Shown here: piece by piece, positions 1 to 11,893 of the stretch
How the letters are laid out: the number at the start of each line of letters is the position of its first letter
How positions within the stretch are numbered: the stretch's first letter is position 1
Source of the DNA: an uncultured Acidobacteriota bacterium
Lineage (GTDB): Bacteria > Acidobacteriota > Terriglobia > Terriglobales > Acidobacteriaceae
Assembly (NCBI GenBank): GCA_963846375.1
Contig: CAWJVV010000025.1
Span: forward strand, 94,689-158,688
Direction: 5' to 3'
Length of the DNA: 64,000 nucleotides
Translations under genes and position numbers: made by a program
Notes under the pieces: generated by a model
The model's input: the letters and a program-made list of their open reading frames with translations, nothing else
The model's database searches: none
What the model was told of the DNA's origin: nothing

Positions 1-2168
1 TCCGCCGTGGTCTTGTTCATCAGCGCGGAGACCTGCACGATCTGGTATCCGTGCGCACGCAGCGTGTCTATCAGCACCGGCAACGAAGCAACCGTTACAG
101 TGCGGTCGCCGCCTCCGTCGTGCAGCAGGATTACCGAGCCGCGGAACTGCGGCTTGCTCTTCATCCGGTTAGCTGGTCGAGCACCGAATTCGCAATCTCC
201 GTGGGCGTCTTGCGAATGCGCTCGTCCCAGTCGTCGGTATCCAGCTTGTTGCCGACCACGGTGAGGCCGTCCTGCTGGACGCGCGTGATGGGCGCGGCCT
301 GGTCGTCGGTGTCCGGCTCCTCGTCAATGTCGTAAGGCGGTCGGAAATAGAGCGGCTGAATTCCCAGCTTCGACGCAAAGAGCCGGTTCGTCAGGCTGAT
401 CTCCATGTCCAGCGGCTGCGGTGAGATTTCACTGATGTCCGGGTGCGTGTAGGTGTGGTTGCCGATCTCGTTGCCTTCATCGACAATCCGCTTCATCAGC
501 CCGATGTTCTGCTGGGCCTCCTCGCCAATCAGCATGAACGTGCCGTGCACACCCTTGCGCTTCAGAATGTCCAGAATGCGCGGCGTCCATTTGGGGTCGG
601 GCCCGTCATCGAAGCTCAGAGCCACCTCGTTGGGCTTGTAGCCGTACTGATTCACCGTGTAGGTGTTGGGGTATACGTCCATGTGCTCGTCGATGATGAG
701 CTTCTTGCGCGGATCTGGCTCGTCGGTATCGACTTCAATGGTGCGCGTGCCCGCCTTGGGCGTGCCGCTGACACGAATGATTTCCCCATCGCCCTCCGTG
801 TCCACCTCGTGCCCCGGCTGTACCGATCCAATCGCCTGCAACGATGTCGGGATCGCTCGGCTTGTCCCAGATGTTCCACAGCGAACTGTCTTCCTTGCCC
901 AGCGCCCACAACGCAAAGGTCTGCAGTCCCAGCTGGCGCGCCGCCCGCATTTCGTCCAGTACCGTCACCGCGTCGAGGAACCACACCACGTGCCGCTGAT
1001 TGCTGTCCTCGTCGATGTATTCAAAGTGCGGATTCAGCGAGTCGTAATCCAGGTCGAGGTCCGCATCTGCATCGGACGCGCGCTGCCACACCCGCGAGAC
1101 CGTAAGGTCTTCGGTGTCGATCACCTGCGGCTTGGGCGTGACTCCATGCTTGCCGGGAGCCGGAATGGAAAGCGTCCAGTCGTAGCCATAGTTGCCGACC
1201 GCGCAAATGAGCTTCTGCTTGGGCACCAGTTTGAGAGCGCGCTGCAGATTCGCGAGGAACCATTGCTGAGGCGCGATGGGGCCGGGGTCGCTCTCGATCT
1301 CGTGCAGGTCGTAGTTCATCAGCACAACCCAGTCGGAGTTGTCCGCAGTCTGCTTCAGATACTTGTCGTCCAGCCCCACTGACACGTTCACGCACAGCTT
1401 CAGGTTCCGCGCATGCAGCTTTTGGTAGAGCTCCGCGATAAAGTTCACATACGCCGGCCGGGCTTCGTCTCGGAAGTTCTCGAAGTCCAGCGACAGCCCG
1501 CGATACAAGGGCATGGCCGCGAAGAACTGCACAATCTGGTCCTCGAGCAGGGCACGCTTGTCATCGTCGGCCAGCAGATCGCCAATCCCCGGGTCCCAAA
1601 GCTGCGTGTGCGGATTGAAGTTGTTCAGGTGCGGAAAGATCTCCGTGCCTTCGCGCGTGTCCTGGATAACGTGCTTGATCTTGTTCAGGTCGTCGGGGTC
1701 ATGCACGGTGGCGCCGTCAATCACCCGGTACTCCTGCATGGTGTTCTGGCTGCTCATCGAGAGCAGGTGCGCGTCGGGCGCATCCACGTGCAGCCACTCC
1801 GGGAAGAGCATGTCGATCTGGTGCACGTGCGCCTTGAAGGACGAATAGCTGGTGGCATCGTCGGGCGCGTAGTAAGCGGCGCGCAGACCCTCGCCCGTAT
1901 TCAGCGCCATCTCCGACGCTTTGCGATTCGTCTTGCGTCGCGGCGCGTTGAGGCCCCGCTGTTTCAATAGCGGCGTGCGATCGTGCAGCGCCTTAAAGTT
2001 GTGCCGTGCCAGCGGCAGAAACAACTCCGGCAGCGGGTGGGTCCGGAGCGTATTAAAAATCAACCCCGCCACCACCAGCGTGGTGATCACCGCCCCAGCG
2101 TCAAGGAAGCGGCGCAGGCGTTTCCAGCGCTTGCGGTGAGGATCGAAAAATATCTGCTTATCAACCAT
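1..2168 (-). CDS. GH18-like + polysaccharide deacetylase (CE4/NodB) multidomain protein, probably continuing into a GT2 domain beyond the window edge; split by frameshifts near 830 and 180
   Basis: ORF 735..2222 (likely start MVDKQIFF at 2168) has a TM helix and GH18-like motifs (GLSLDFE, VLMNYD, FALWALG). ORF 161..916 has NodB motifs SFDDGP, GNHTYTH and FRPPY. Confidence 0.8.
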
Positions 2169-2342
2169 TGGTTTCCACGTGCGCGATCGCAAAACCCTGG
2201 ATACAGTCTCGCGAAGTCTCAACTTTCAAGTCGACGTGACCAGCAGCGAGCAGCGACCCGTGCGCAACACTCAACAGGACACACCTTCTCAGGTTTTGCC
2301 GTAAAACCGAATCAACGGTCTAGGCTATACAGTACGAATCGT

Positions 2343-3797
2343 ATGGAACCTGCCCCCTTCAGTCAATTTACCGAGGTCCCGCCTGTCTTTCGCGGACCGA
2401 GGGCGTTTGCCTCCGCTGTCCTGGCCATCCTGGCCGGTGCCGCTCTGCGCTTTTGGATGCTGCACAAGTTCTTTGAGGTCAACGGCGACTCCCAACTTTA
2501 CGGGTCCATGGCGAAGAATCTGCTCCTGCATGGCCGCTATGCCGTCAACGACGCTTCCGGCATGCTGCACACCACCCTGATCCGCCTCCCCGGCTACCCT
2601 CTTTTCCTCGCTCTCTGCTTCCGCATCTTCGGCATGGAGAACTACTTCTACGTCTCCTGCGTCCAGATCGTCCTGGAATTGCTCGGCTGCCTGCTCCTCG
2701 CCCAAGCCGCGTTCCGCATCAGCCCGCCTGCGGCCCGTACACCCGCCGCCCACGCAACCCTGTGGCTCGCCGCGCTCTGCCCGTTCACTGCCATCTACGC
2801 CGCCCAACCCCTCACCGAAGCGCCAACCGTCTTCGCCATCACGCTCGCGCTGTGGGCTCTTGTCCGTTATCAGGACCGCAACGACTGGCCATCAGCGCTC
2901 GCCTTCACCTTCGCCATCACCTATGCCGCGCTCTTGCGGCCCGACGGCGCTCTGGTCGGCGTGGCGCTCTTCCTGCCCATGCTCGTCGCCCCATACTTGC
3001 GCCTGGATCGCAAACCAAATGCCTCCTCCACGATTCCCGGCGAACTCCTCTATCCCCATCTGCGCAAGCTCGCCGTATGCGTCCTGCTTGCGCTCGCTCC
3101 ATTCGCCCTCTGGACCCTCCGCAACGTGCGCGTCTTTCACGTCTTTCAGCCGCTCGCCCCGCGCTACGCCACCGACCCCGGCGAAAACACCTGGCCCGGC
3201 TGGCAACGCTGGGTCAAAACCTGGAGCCTCGACTTCATCTCCACCTACCAGATCTACTGGAACATGCCCGGCAGCCCCATCGACATCCAGCAACTGCCCG
3301 CCCGCGCCATCGACTTACCCGCCCAGTACGCCGAAACCGCCAAGCTCCTCGCCGACTACGATGCCAACGGCGACGAGCTATCCACCGACCTCGATGCCCG
3401 CTTCGCCCAACTCGCCTCCGAGCGCATCGCCGCCCATCCCTTCCGCTCGCACGTCCTGTTACCCCTCGGCCGCATGGCCGACATGTGGCTGCGCCCGCGC
3501 GTCGAAAATCTCCCCATCGACCTCGACTGGTGGGTCTACAAACATCACCACGTCGAAACCCGCTTCAGCTGGTTCTACTTTGGCCTGAACGCGTTTTACC
3601 TTCTGCTGGCACTCGCCGGCCTGCTGCTGCGCCCGCGCCTCTGGCCGTGGATGCTGCTCTACATGGTCATGCGCAGCGCCATGCTCTGCACCATTGAAGC
3701 GCCCGAAGCCCGCTACACCATCGAGTGCTTCCCCATGCTTTTTATCCTGGGCGGCGTCGCGCTGGGCCGCCTCTTCGCCCGCAAACCCGCCGCCTGA
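2343..3797 (+). CDS. GT-C superfamily (GT39/PMT-like) membrane glycosyltransferase
   Basis: Multi-TM protein with D..Y...A in the first loop, RLPGYPLF, LTE and LLRPD motifs; start trimmed from the 1983 ORF. Confidence 0.75.
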   Translation: MEPAPFSQFTEVPPVFRGPRAFASAVLAILAGAALRFWMLHKFFEVNGDSQLYGSMAKNLLLHGRYAVNDASGMLHTTLIRLPGYPLFLALCFRIFGMENYFYVSCVQIVLELLGCLLLAQAAFRISPPAARTPAAHATLWLAALCPFTAIYAAQPLTEAPTVFAITLALWALVRYQDRNDWPSALAFTFAITYAALLRPDGALVGVALFLPMLVAPYLRLDRKPNASSTIPGELLYPHLRKLAVCVLLALAPFALWTLRNVRVFHVFQPLAPRYATDPGENTWPGWQRWVKTWSLDFISTYQIYWNMPGSPIDIQQLPARAIDLPAQYAETAKLLADYDANGDELSTDLDARFAQLASERIAAHPFRSHVLLPLGRMADMWLRPRVENLPIDLDWWVYKHHHVETRFSWFYFGLNAFYLLLALAGLLLRPRLWPWMLLYMVMRSAMLCTIEAPEARYTIECFPMLFILGGVALGRLFARKPAA

Positions 3798-3827
3798 CCG
3801 CGAGCCAGCGCCCGCATCCGCAACAGC

Positions 3828-4523
3828 CTAACGGGCAATCACCTGCGTCTTGCTGTCCGTCTTGAACGAAAACGCATCGCCCGGCAGCGGCTGGTTCACC
3901 TTGATATTCGTGTACGTCACCGTGCGCGACTGCCCCTGCCCCTGGTCGAAGAACTGCTTCAGGCTTACCGCGCGCTCCGCATCAATCCACATCGTCACCT
4001 TGCGAACAAACTGCAGTGCCTTCGGATCCTTCGGAACAAGATCGAGCTTGGCCACCTTCACGCCGTCCATCGTCTCCGAGCCCTGATACGTGATCTCCCA
4101 ATTCGCCTCCAGATCGGTACCGCTTCCGCCAAAACCGAGCGACAGATAGCCCTCGATCTTCCCCCCCTGCTTCGATGTCGTCACCTGGTTGGTCAGCTTT
4201 TCATACATCGAAAACACGCCGTTCTTTACCGTGATGACCCGCGGCGCCGGCTTTCCGTTCTCCGTATCGAGATGGATCCCCAACTGGGTCGTGTTCCCCT
4301 TGCGCTCGGTGTAGACCGACCCGTTCATCACATCCTTGTCGGGGACCGGCTCCGTCATCTCGTTCACCTGCTCCAGCTTCGCCGACGCGGAATGAAACTT
4401 CGCCGACGACGCGTTGAGCTGCGCCAGCACCGACTTCAAATCGTCGGCCGCAAACATCATCCGCGCCGCAAACACCAGCACAGCCAGGGCAATCACCTGC
4501 TTCACTTGAAAGCGCATACCCAT
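3828..4523 (-). CDS. LolA-like outer-membrane lipoprotein carrier/sorting protein
   Basis: Signal peptide, LDLVPK and MWID motifs, C-terminal 'NIKVNQPLPGDAFSF' typical of the LolA fold. Confidence 0.7.
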   Translation of the reverse strand: MGMRFQVKQVIALAVLVFAARMMFAADDLKSVLAQLNASSAKFHSASAKLEQVNEMTEPVPDKDVMNGSVYTERKGNTTQLGIHLDTENGKPAPRVITVKNGVFSMYEKLTNQVTTSKQGGKIEGYLSLGFGGSGTDLEANWEITYQGSETMDGVKVAKLDLVPKDPKALQFVRKVTMWIDAERAVSLKQFFDQGQGQSRTVTYTNIKVNQPLPGDAFSFKTDSKTQVIAR

Positions 4524-4587
4524 CCTTATCTGGTTTTGACGCGTCGCGGCCCGCCGGAAGGAAACCTGCTCCGGCCCGCGGGTCAGT

Positions 4588-6293
<1,706 letters not shown>

Positions 6294-6313
6294 GACCTTT
6301 CAGTCTACTAGAT

Positions 6314-6348
6314 GCAGCTATTAGCCTTTAGCCGTTAGCTCTTAACCA
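6314..6348. repeat. Short heptamer tandem repeat (TTAGCNN x about 5)
   Basis: gcagcta ttagcct ttagccg ttagctc ttaacca. Confidence 0.6.
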
Positions 6349-6370
6349 AAGGCCCCGCGCCAATGCGGCC

Positions 6371-7243
6371 GGGTGCCCCATGTCCGGGGCCCCCACGAAT
6401 AGGTCTTAGTTCGTGGGGTGGATGTCTCCCGGTTTTGGAGACATGGGATACCACAAACGCCGATTCAGTCCGCCGCCTGCGCCGCCTTCGCTTTTTCGCC
6501 AGACTCCGGCGCCTCTTCTGCGGGTGCCCCATGTCTCCCGGTTTTGGAGACATGGGATACCACAAACGCCTTTTCAGTCCGCCGCCTGCGCCGCCTTCGC
6601 TTTTTCGCCAGACTCCGGCGCCTCTTCTGCGGGTGCCCCATGTCTCCCCGTTTTGGAGACATGGGATACCACAAACGCCTTTTCAGTCCGCCGCTTGCGC
6701 CGCCTTCGCTTTTTCGCCAGACTCCGGCGCCTCTTCTGCGGGTGCCCCATGTCTCCCGGTTTTGGAGACATGGGATACCACAAACGCCTTTTCAGTCCGC
6801 CGCCTGCGCCGCCTTCGCTTTTTCGCCAGACTCCGGCGCCTCTTCTGCGGGTGCCCCATCTCTCCCGGTTTTGGAGACATGGGATACCACAAACGCCGAT
6901 TCAGTCCGCAGCCTGCGCCGCCTTCGCTTTTTCGCCAGACTCCGGAGCCTCTTCTGCGGGTGCCCCATGTCTCCCGGTTTTGGAGACATGGGATACCACT
7001 AACGCCGATTCAGTCCGCCGCCTTCGCCGCCTTCGCTTTTTCGCCAGACTCCGGCGCCTCTTCTGCGGGTGCCCCATGTCTCCCGGTTTTGGAGACATGG
7101 GATACCACAAAGGCCGATTCAGTCCGCCGCCTTCGCCGCCTTCGCTTTTTCGCCAGACTCCGGCGCCTCTTCTGCGGGTGCCCCATGTCTCCCGGTTTTG
7201 GAGACATGGGATACCACTAACGCCGATTCAATCCGCCGCCTGA
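6371..7243. repeat. Tandem array of 109-bp units (8 hairpins), each a REP-like palindrome plus a copy of an ndh-like 3' end (BIME-like)
   Basis: Hairpin core tgtctcccggttttggagaca starts at 6423, 6532, 6641, 6750, 6859, 6968, 7077 and 7186, an exact 109-bp period; intervening segments are nearly identical. Confidence 0.97.
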
Positions 7244-8622
7244 ACCCCGTTTTGTTCCGGAGCCTCTTTCGTCGCCGAAGCCCGCGCCGGGCCCGCCGCA
7301 ATCTGCTCGTTCCATCCCGGCAGCCGCTGATCGCCGTAGATCAGCCGCACGCTACGCGTAAAGCTGAAGTAAGTCCAGATCCAGCTGGCTAACACCGCAA
7401 TTCGGTTGCGGAATCCGATCAGGAAGAAGATGTGTACCGTCAGCCAGGTGGCCCATGCCGGCAGCCCCCACATGTGCGCGCGGAACGGCCACTTCACATC
7501 CGCCACGGCCCGCATCCGTCCGATGGTCGCCATGTCGCCCTTGTCGAAGTAGTGGAAGTTTGGCCGCGGCCGGCCCTTCAGGTCCGCTTCAATCATCCTC
7601 GCCACGTGGTCGCCCATCTGCATGGCCGGCTGCGCCACGCCCGGCACCTGCTTGCCCTCCTGCTCAAAGTGCGCCAGGTCGCCCAGCACAAACACATCCG
7701 CCAATCCTTGGGGATTGAGCTGGCCGTCCACCATCACGCACCCGCGCTTGTCTGTCGGGACATTCAGCAGTTTGCCCAGCGGCGAGGCCTCCACACCGGC
7801 GGCCCACAGGGTCACGGCCGCTTCCACCCGGCCAATACCCTGCGGACCTCCGGTCACCACCCACCCTGGCTCAACACCGGTCACATGGCAGTTGGTGTGC
7901 ACCTCCACGTTCAGATCGGCCAGCTCCTTCTCCGCTTTCGCCGACAGGTCCGGCGGATAGGCTGCCAGCAGCCGCGGGCCGCCGTCCAGCAGCATGACCC
8001 GGCTTTTTGACGGGTCGATGTGCCGGAAGTCGCGCCGCATGTAGTGCTGCGCAATGTCGGTGATGGCTCCGGCCAGCTCCACGCCCGTCGGCCCGCCCCC
8101 AATCACCACAAAGTTCAGCGGCGGATGCCATCCGTGCTCCTGCATGTGCCGCTCCGCCAGCTCGAACGCCAGCAGCACCCGCCGTCGGATCTCGATCGCA
8201 TCCTCGATGGTCTTCAACCCCGGTGCCATCGGAGCCCATTCGTTATGCCCGAAGTAGGAGTGCGTCGCGCCGGCCGCCAGTACCAGGTAGTCGTAAGAGG
8301 CCTGTGCGCCGCTCTTCAGACTCACCGCGCGAGCCGCCGTGTCGATCCCCATCACTTCGTCCATCAGCACTTCGGTGTTCGACTGGCCGCGCAAAACAGT
8401 CCGGATCGGCGCGGCAATGTCGGCCGGAGACAGCACCGCCAGCGCCACCTGGTACAGCAGCGGCTGAAACGTGTGATGGTTGCGGCGATCGATCAGCGTC
8501 ACGTCCACTGGCAGCTTGCGCAGGCCCTTGGCGGCATTGAGACCCGCGAAACCCCCGCCGACAATCACGACCCGCGGCCGGCTGCCCGACCTCTTTTTCA
8601 AAGGTGCGGTAAGTTGGCTCAA
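7228..8622 (-). CDS. ndh: Type II NADH dehydrogenase (NDH-2)
   Basis: VVIVGGGFAG, FQPLLYQVA, GGGPTGVELAG, VAQPAMQMG and YFDKGDMATIGR motifs. Confidence 0.93.
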   Translation of the reverse strand: MSQLTAPLKKRSGSRPRVVIVGGGFAGLNAAKGLRKLPVDVTLIDRRNHHTFQPLLYQVALAVLSPADIAAPIRTVLRGQSNTEVLMDEVMGIDTAARAVSLKSGAQASYDYLVLAAGATHSYFGHNEWAPMAPGLKTIEDAIEIRRRVLLAFELAERHMQEHGWHPPLNFVVIGGGPTGVELAGAITDIAQHYMRRDFRHIDPSKSRVMLLDGGPRLLAAYPPDLSAKAEKELADLNVEVHTNCHVTGVEPGWVVTGGPQGIGRVEAAVTLWAAGVEASPLGKLLNVPTDKRGCVMVDGQLNPQGLADVFVLGDLAHFEQEGKQVPGVAQPAMQMGDHVARMIEADLKGRPRPNFHYFDKGDMATIGRMRAVADVKWPFRAHMWGLPAWATWLTVHIFFLIGFRNRIAVLASWIWTYFSFTRSVRLIYGDQRLPGWNEQIAAGPARASATKEAPEQNGVQAAD

Positions 8623-8777
8623 CGTGCCCTCCTTCCCGACTGCTCCCGACTTAGCAGATGCGCCAGCCCCGCGATAGGAAGCAAGTTCTATCGTTCAATC
8701 GCGTCATCGCAAGCCAGCGCCATAGGCGCAACGAGCGAGCAAAAGGGGTGCAGCGAGGAGAATCACAAAACCTCGCC

Positions 8778-11669
8778 TCAAGGATGCTGCTCCACCGCAA
8801 TTGACAGCGTGCTCGTGCTGCCCGTAGCCGCAACGCCAATCACATTGGTGGGCGTCCCCGGCACCGAAGCAGGCGCGAAGGTGACCTTCCCGTCCAGCCC
8901 CGAAACGGCTGTAGAGGCCTGAGTGGCCAGCAGTTGCGGTTGGGCACAGCGCCCTCTGGGCGGGCAGGGAGCCGACCACGCGTACACCGACTGGAACAGC
9001 GTCACCGTCCCGCCCGCCATCGGGTTGCCGTTCATGTCCCGCACCCGGATGGCGATCGGTGCGGGAGAGGAAGTAACGGCGAGGCTCTGGCTGGTTCCCG
9101 AGACGGCCTCCATCCAGGAGTACTCAGGACGGGCGCCGATGGCGTTGAAGTTGACGCATTGGCTGGTCCCGTTCAGGCAGGCCGACGAGGAGGCCTGCTG
9201 CCCCTCTCCGAGCGGCCCCACCTGCAAGGCCTTCGAGGCGATGCCCGTTGGCGCCGTCGTGGCCGCGGCCGACCCGTCCAGTTGGATGCCCTGGCCCTGC
9301 TTCCACTGCACGGTCTCACCCGCCATGGGAGCGCCGTTGCCCAGCACCAGAGCCTGCACGGTCCAGTTGATCGAGGCTCCTGCCGCGACCGACAGCGTCG
9401 GGGTCAAGGCAGAGAGCGCCGGGGGCGCGCCCCCTGTGAAGTGCGCCTGCAGCGTGGCCCCGTTGGCCAGCGAGGCCGTCACGATCGAGGGGTTCTGGTC
9501 GACAGGAACGATGTTGACCGAAGCGATGCCGTCGCCGGTGGCAGGGACGGCGCAGATGGTGCTCCCGCAGTTCAGGGAGGCGGTTCCGCTCGCGACGGTG
9601 TAGGTTACGGTGGCGCCGCCCGCGGGAGCCAGGTTCGATCCCAGCGCCGTGACGGTAAACGGAACCGGGACGCCGACGGCAACCGTGCCGGAGGGCGCGG
9701 TGACCAGCGTGAGGGAGTCGCCGGTGCCGGCGTCGTAGCTCACCCCGCCATAGATGATGGCCGCAGCATAGAAGGCGGGCAGGTCATCCACCTCCACGTC
9801 GACCGAGCCGGTGACGCCCTTGCCGGCGGGCGGCGCAATGGCTGTGATCTCGTTGGGCGAGATGCTGGTGACCTGGGCGACGGTGCCGTTCACCAGCACC
9901 GTGTCTCCGGGCCGAAAGCCCAAGCCGCGAATCACAATGGGACCGCCGGAAAGCGGCAGGCGCGGCGGAGAGACGGTGTCGGCGTAGAGAACCCACCCGT
10001 CATAGGCGTAGTCGGGACGTCCGTCGCCGCGCATGTCGGCGATGCCGAGGCGAATGATGTCGTCGCCATCGGTGGTGACGCGGAGCCAGGTTTCGCCCAC
10101 TGCGTTGCCGTTCATGGGCGCGGTCGCGACGGATGCGGAGCCCGTCGGAGCAAAGGCGTCCCAGACGCCGACGGCGGGCATGGCCTTGGAGGCGGTGGGC
10201 TGGCCGTGCTCGTCGAGAGCCTGCGTGACCGCGGTGAAGAGCCGGTTGCCGCGCACGGGAAAGTTGAACCAGTCGGTCTGGCCGACCTGGCCCAGGCGGC
10301 CGCACCACAGACCGCTTGCCGCCAGCATACGCGGCTCCGATTCGGTGGCGATGGCGTTCTCGAAGTTGCCGGTGGCGGAGCCGGCCACGTTGACGTTGAC
10401 GGTTTGCGCCGCGCCCGCCGCGAGGTTGGGAACCGTGACGGGATTGAGCGTGCCGGAGGGGCTGGGCGAGCCCTGGATGTAGGGGCCGACAGCTTCCTGG
10501 TAGATGAACAATGGATCCATGGCTTCAAACGTGAGCAGGTAACTGGCGGTGGTTGCGCCGGGAGGAAGAGGCATGCCGGCGAGATCGAAGAAGCCCTGCA
10601 GACTGGGGTCGCTCGATCCCCATTGCGACAGGGGAATGCCGTTGGTGTCATTCCAGCCGGTGACCACGTTGCCGTGATCGCCGCTGAAGTATGCGCCCGA
10701 GACGAAGGTGACGGCGTACTGGTCCATGGGATTGCCGTTGGCATCGAGCGGACGCGCGATCACATTGACGCCCTGCATGCCCGAACCGGCGCGAAAGGTG
10801 ATGGCCCCGCTGATGGAGACGGTATTCGGAGCGGTCAGCACCTTGCAGGGGAAGGCCGCGAGATTGGCCGCAGTGATGGGATAGATCCGGTTCAGGGCAG
10901 CCATGTCGTCATAGCGCAGGGTGCCGGGACTGGGGATGCAGATCCCTCCGGTGGACCCGCACGCGCCCGCCTGCGGCTGCATGACCGGCCAGCCTTGCGC
11001 CGCGTCGGAGTCGCCCAGTTGCAAAGCATGCCGGATCGAACTGCGACGGACCGAGGCCGAGGACCAGGCCCCAGGCGCGCTCCAGCAGGTAGCTCATCAT
11101 CTGCATGCGACGGTCGGTGTCGGTGCAGCGGCCGTTCACTATCATCAGAGCGTGGGCGATGGTGGCGTCGGGATTGATGTTGTCGATGAGCGACAACCAC
11201 GCCGTTGGTCTGGCAGTTGGTGGTGTCGCTGGTGTAGGCCCCGAAGATGCCGTCGAGCACGGCGCCGTCCGCGTCGAATATGACCCCGACGGGGTAGTTG
11301 GTGGCGCCGAGGCGCAACGTCGGAGGGCTGGGCGAGGCTCTGCGAGCCCGGCACGATGTTCAGTCCGCTCACATCTTCGTTCAGGCTGCCGCCATTGACG
11401 ATGTTCACCCCGGCTGTGGGGACCGCGTTCCAAAGAGCCGCGGCGGCAGCCACCATGGCCGTTGCCTGCTGATTGCTGACCGTAGCGCTCAGCGGGCCCT
11501 GATCGACGAAGTAGGTGACCTGGCCATTCGCCCAGTGAATGGGCTGGCCCATGACGCCGTGATTGAAGTAGGTGGCGCCGGCCACATGTTTGGGGCCGCC
11601 GGCGAGGAGAAGCGGCGGAGAGAGAAGCAGGGAGATGCCAAGGAGGGCCGGAGATTGAAGACGGAACAT
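8778..11669 (-). CDS. Large secreted protein with a degenerate matrixin-like N-domain and IPT/TIG/Ig-like domains (2 frameshifts)
   Basis: Signal peptide in ORF 11145..11684, continuing in ORFs 10909..11433 and 8778..11024; IPT-like segment 'VSPPRLPLSGGPIVIRGLGFRPGDTVLVNG'. Confidence 0.7.
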
Positions 11670-11893
11670 GCGATGCGCTCCCACGGGCGGGAAGGGAGCA
11701 TTTATGAGTCCTTTCTAAGCCGGGGAATCTTAGATACTTCTAATCTTCCGTAACATCGCGAGGGGTCGAGGCTTGGATACAATGAGTGCATCGAAATCCC
11801 CTTCGTACTCTCGCGCAGGCGCAGTTGCCGAACGGCGCGTTTCTCCGAGGCGACAAGGAGTTTGCATGACTTCCCCGGTCAGAGGTTTTTCGC

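Noticed and set aside
6371-7243. CRISPR array
   Set aside because: The segments between hairpins are nearly identical rather than unique spacers, and no cas genes are present.
6335-7392. Long repetitive ORFs in several frames across the 109-bp array
   Set aside because: They are a by-product of a nearly stop-free unit whose length (1 mod 3) cycles through frames; composition is unnatural and no RBS is evident.
8934-11177. 747-aa plus-strand ORF (similarly 56097..57917, 57939..59291, 59072..60274, 60341..61462)
   Set aside because: Antisense shadow ORFs of real high-GC genes, with no recognisable motifs.
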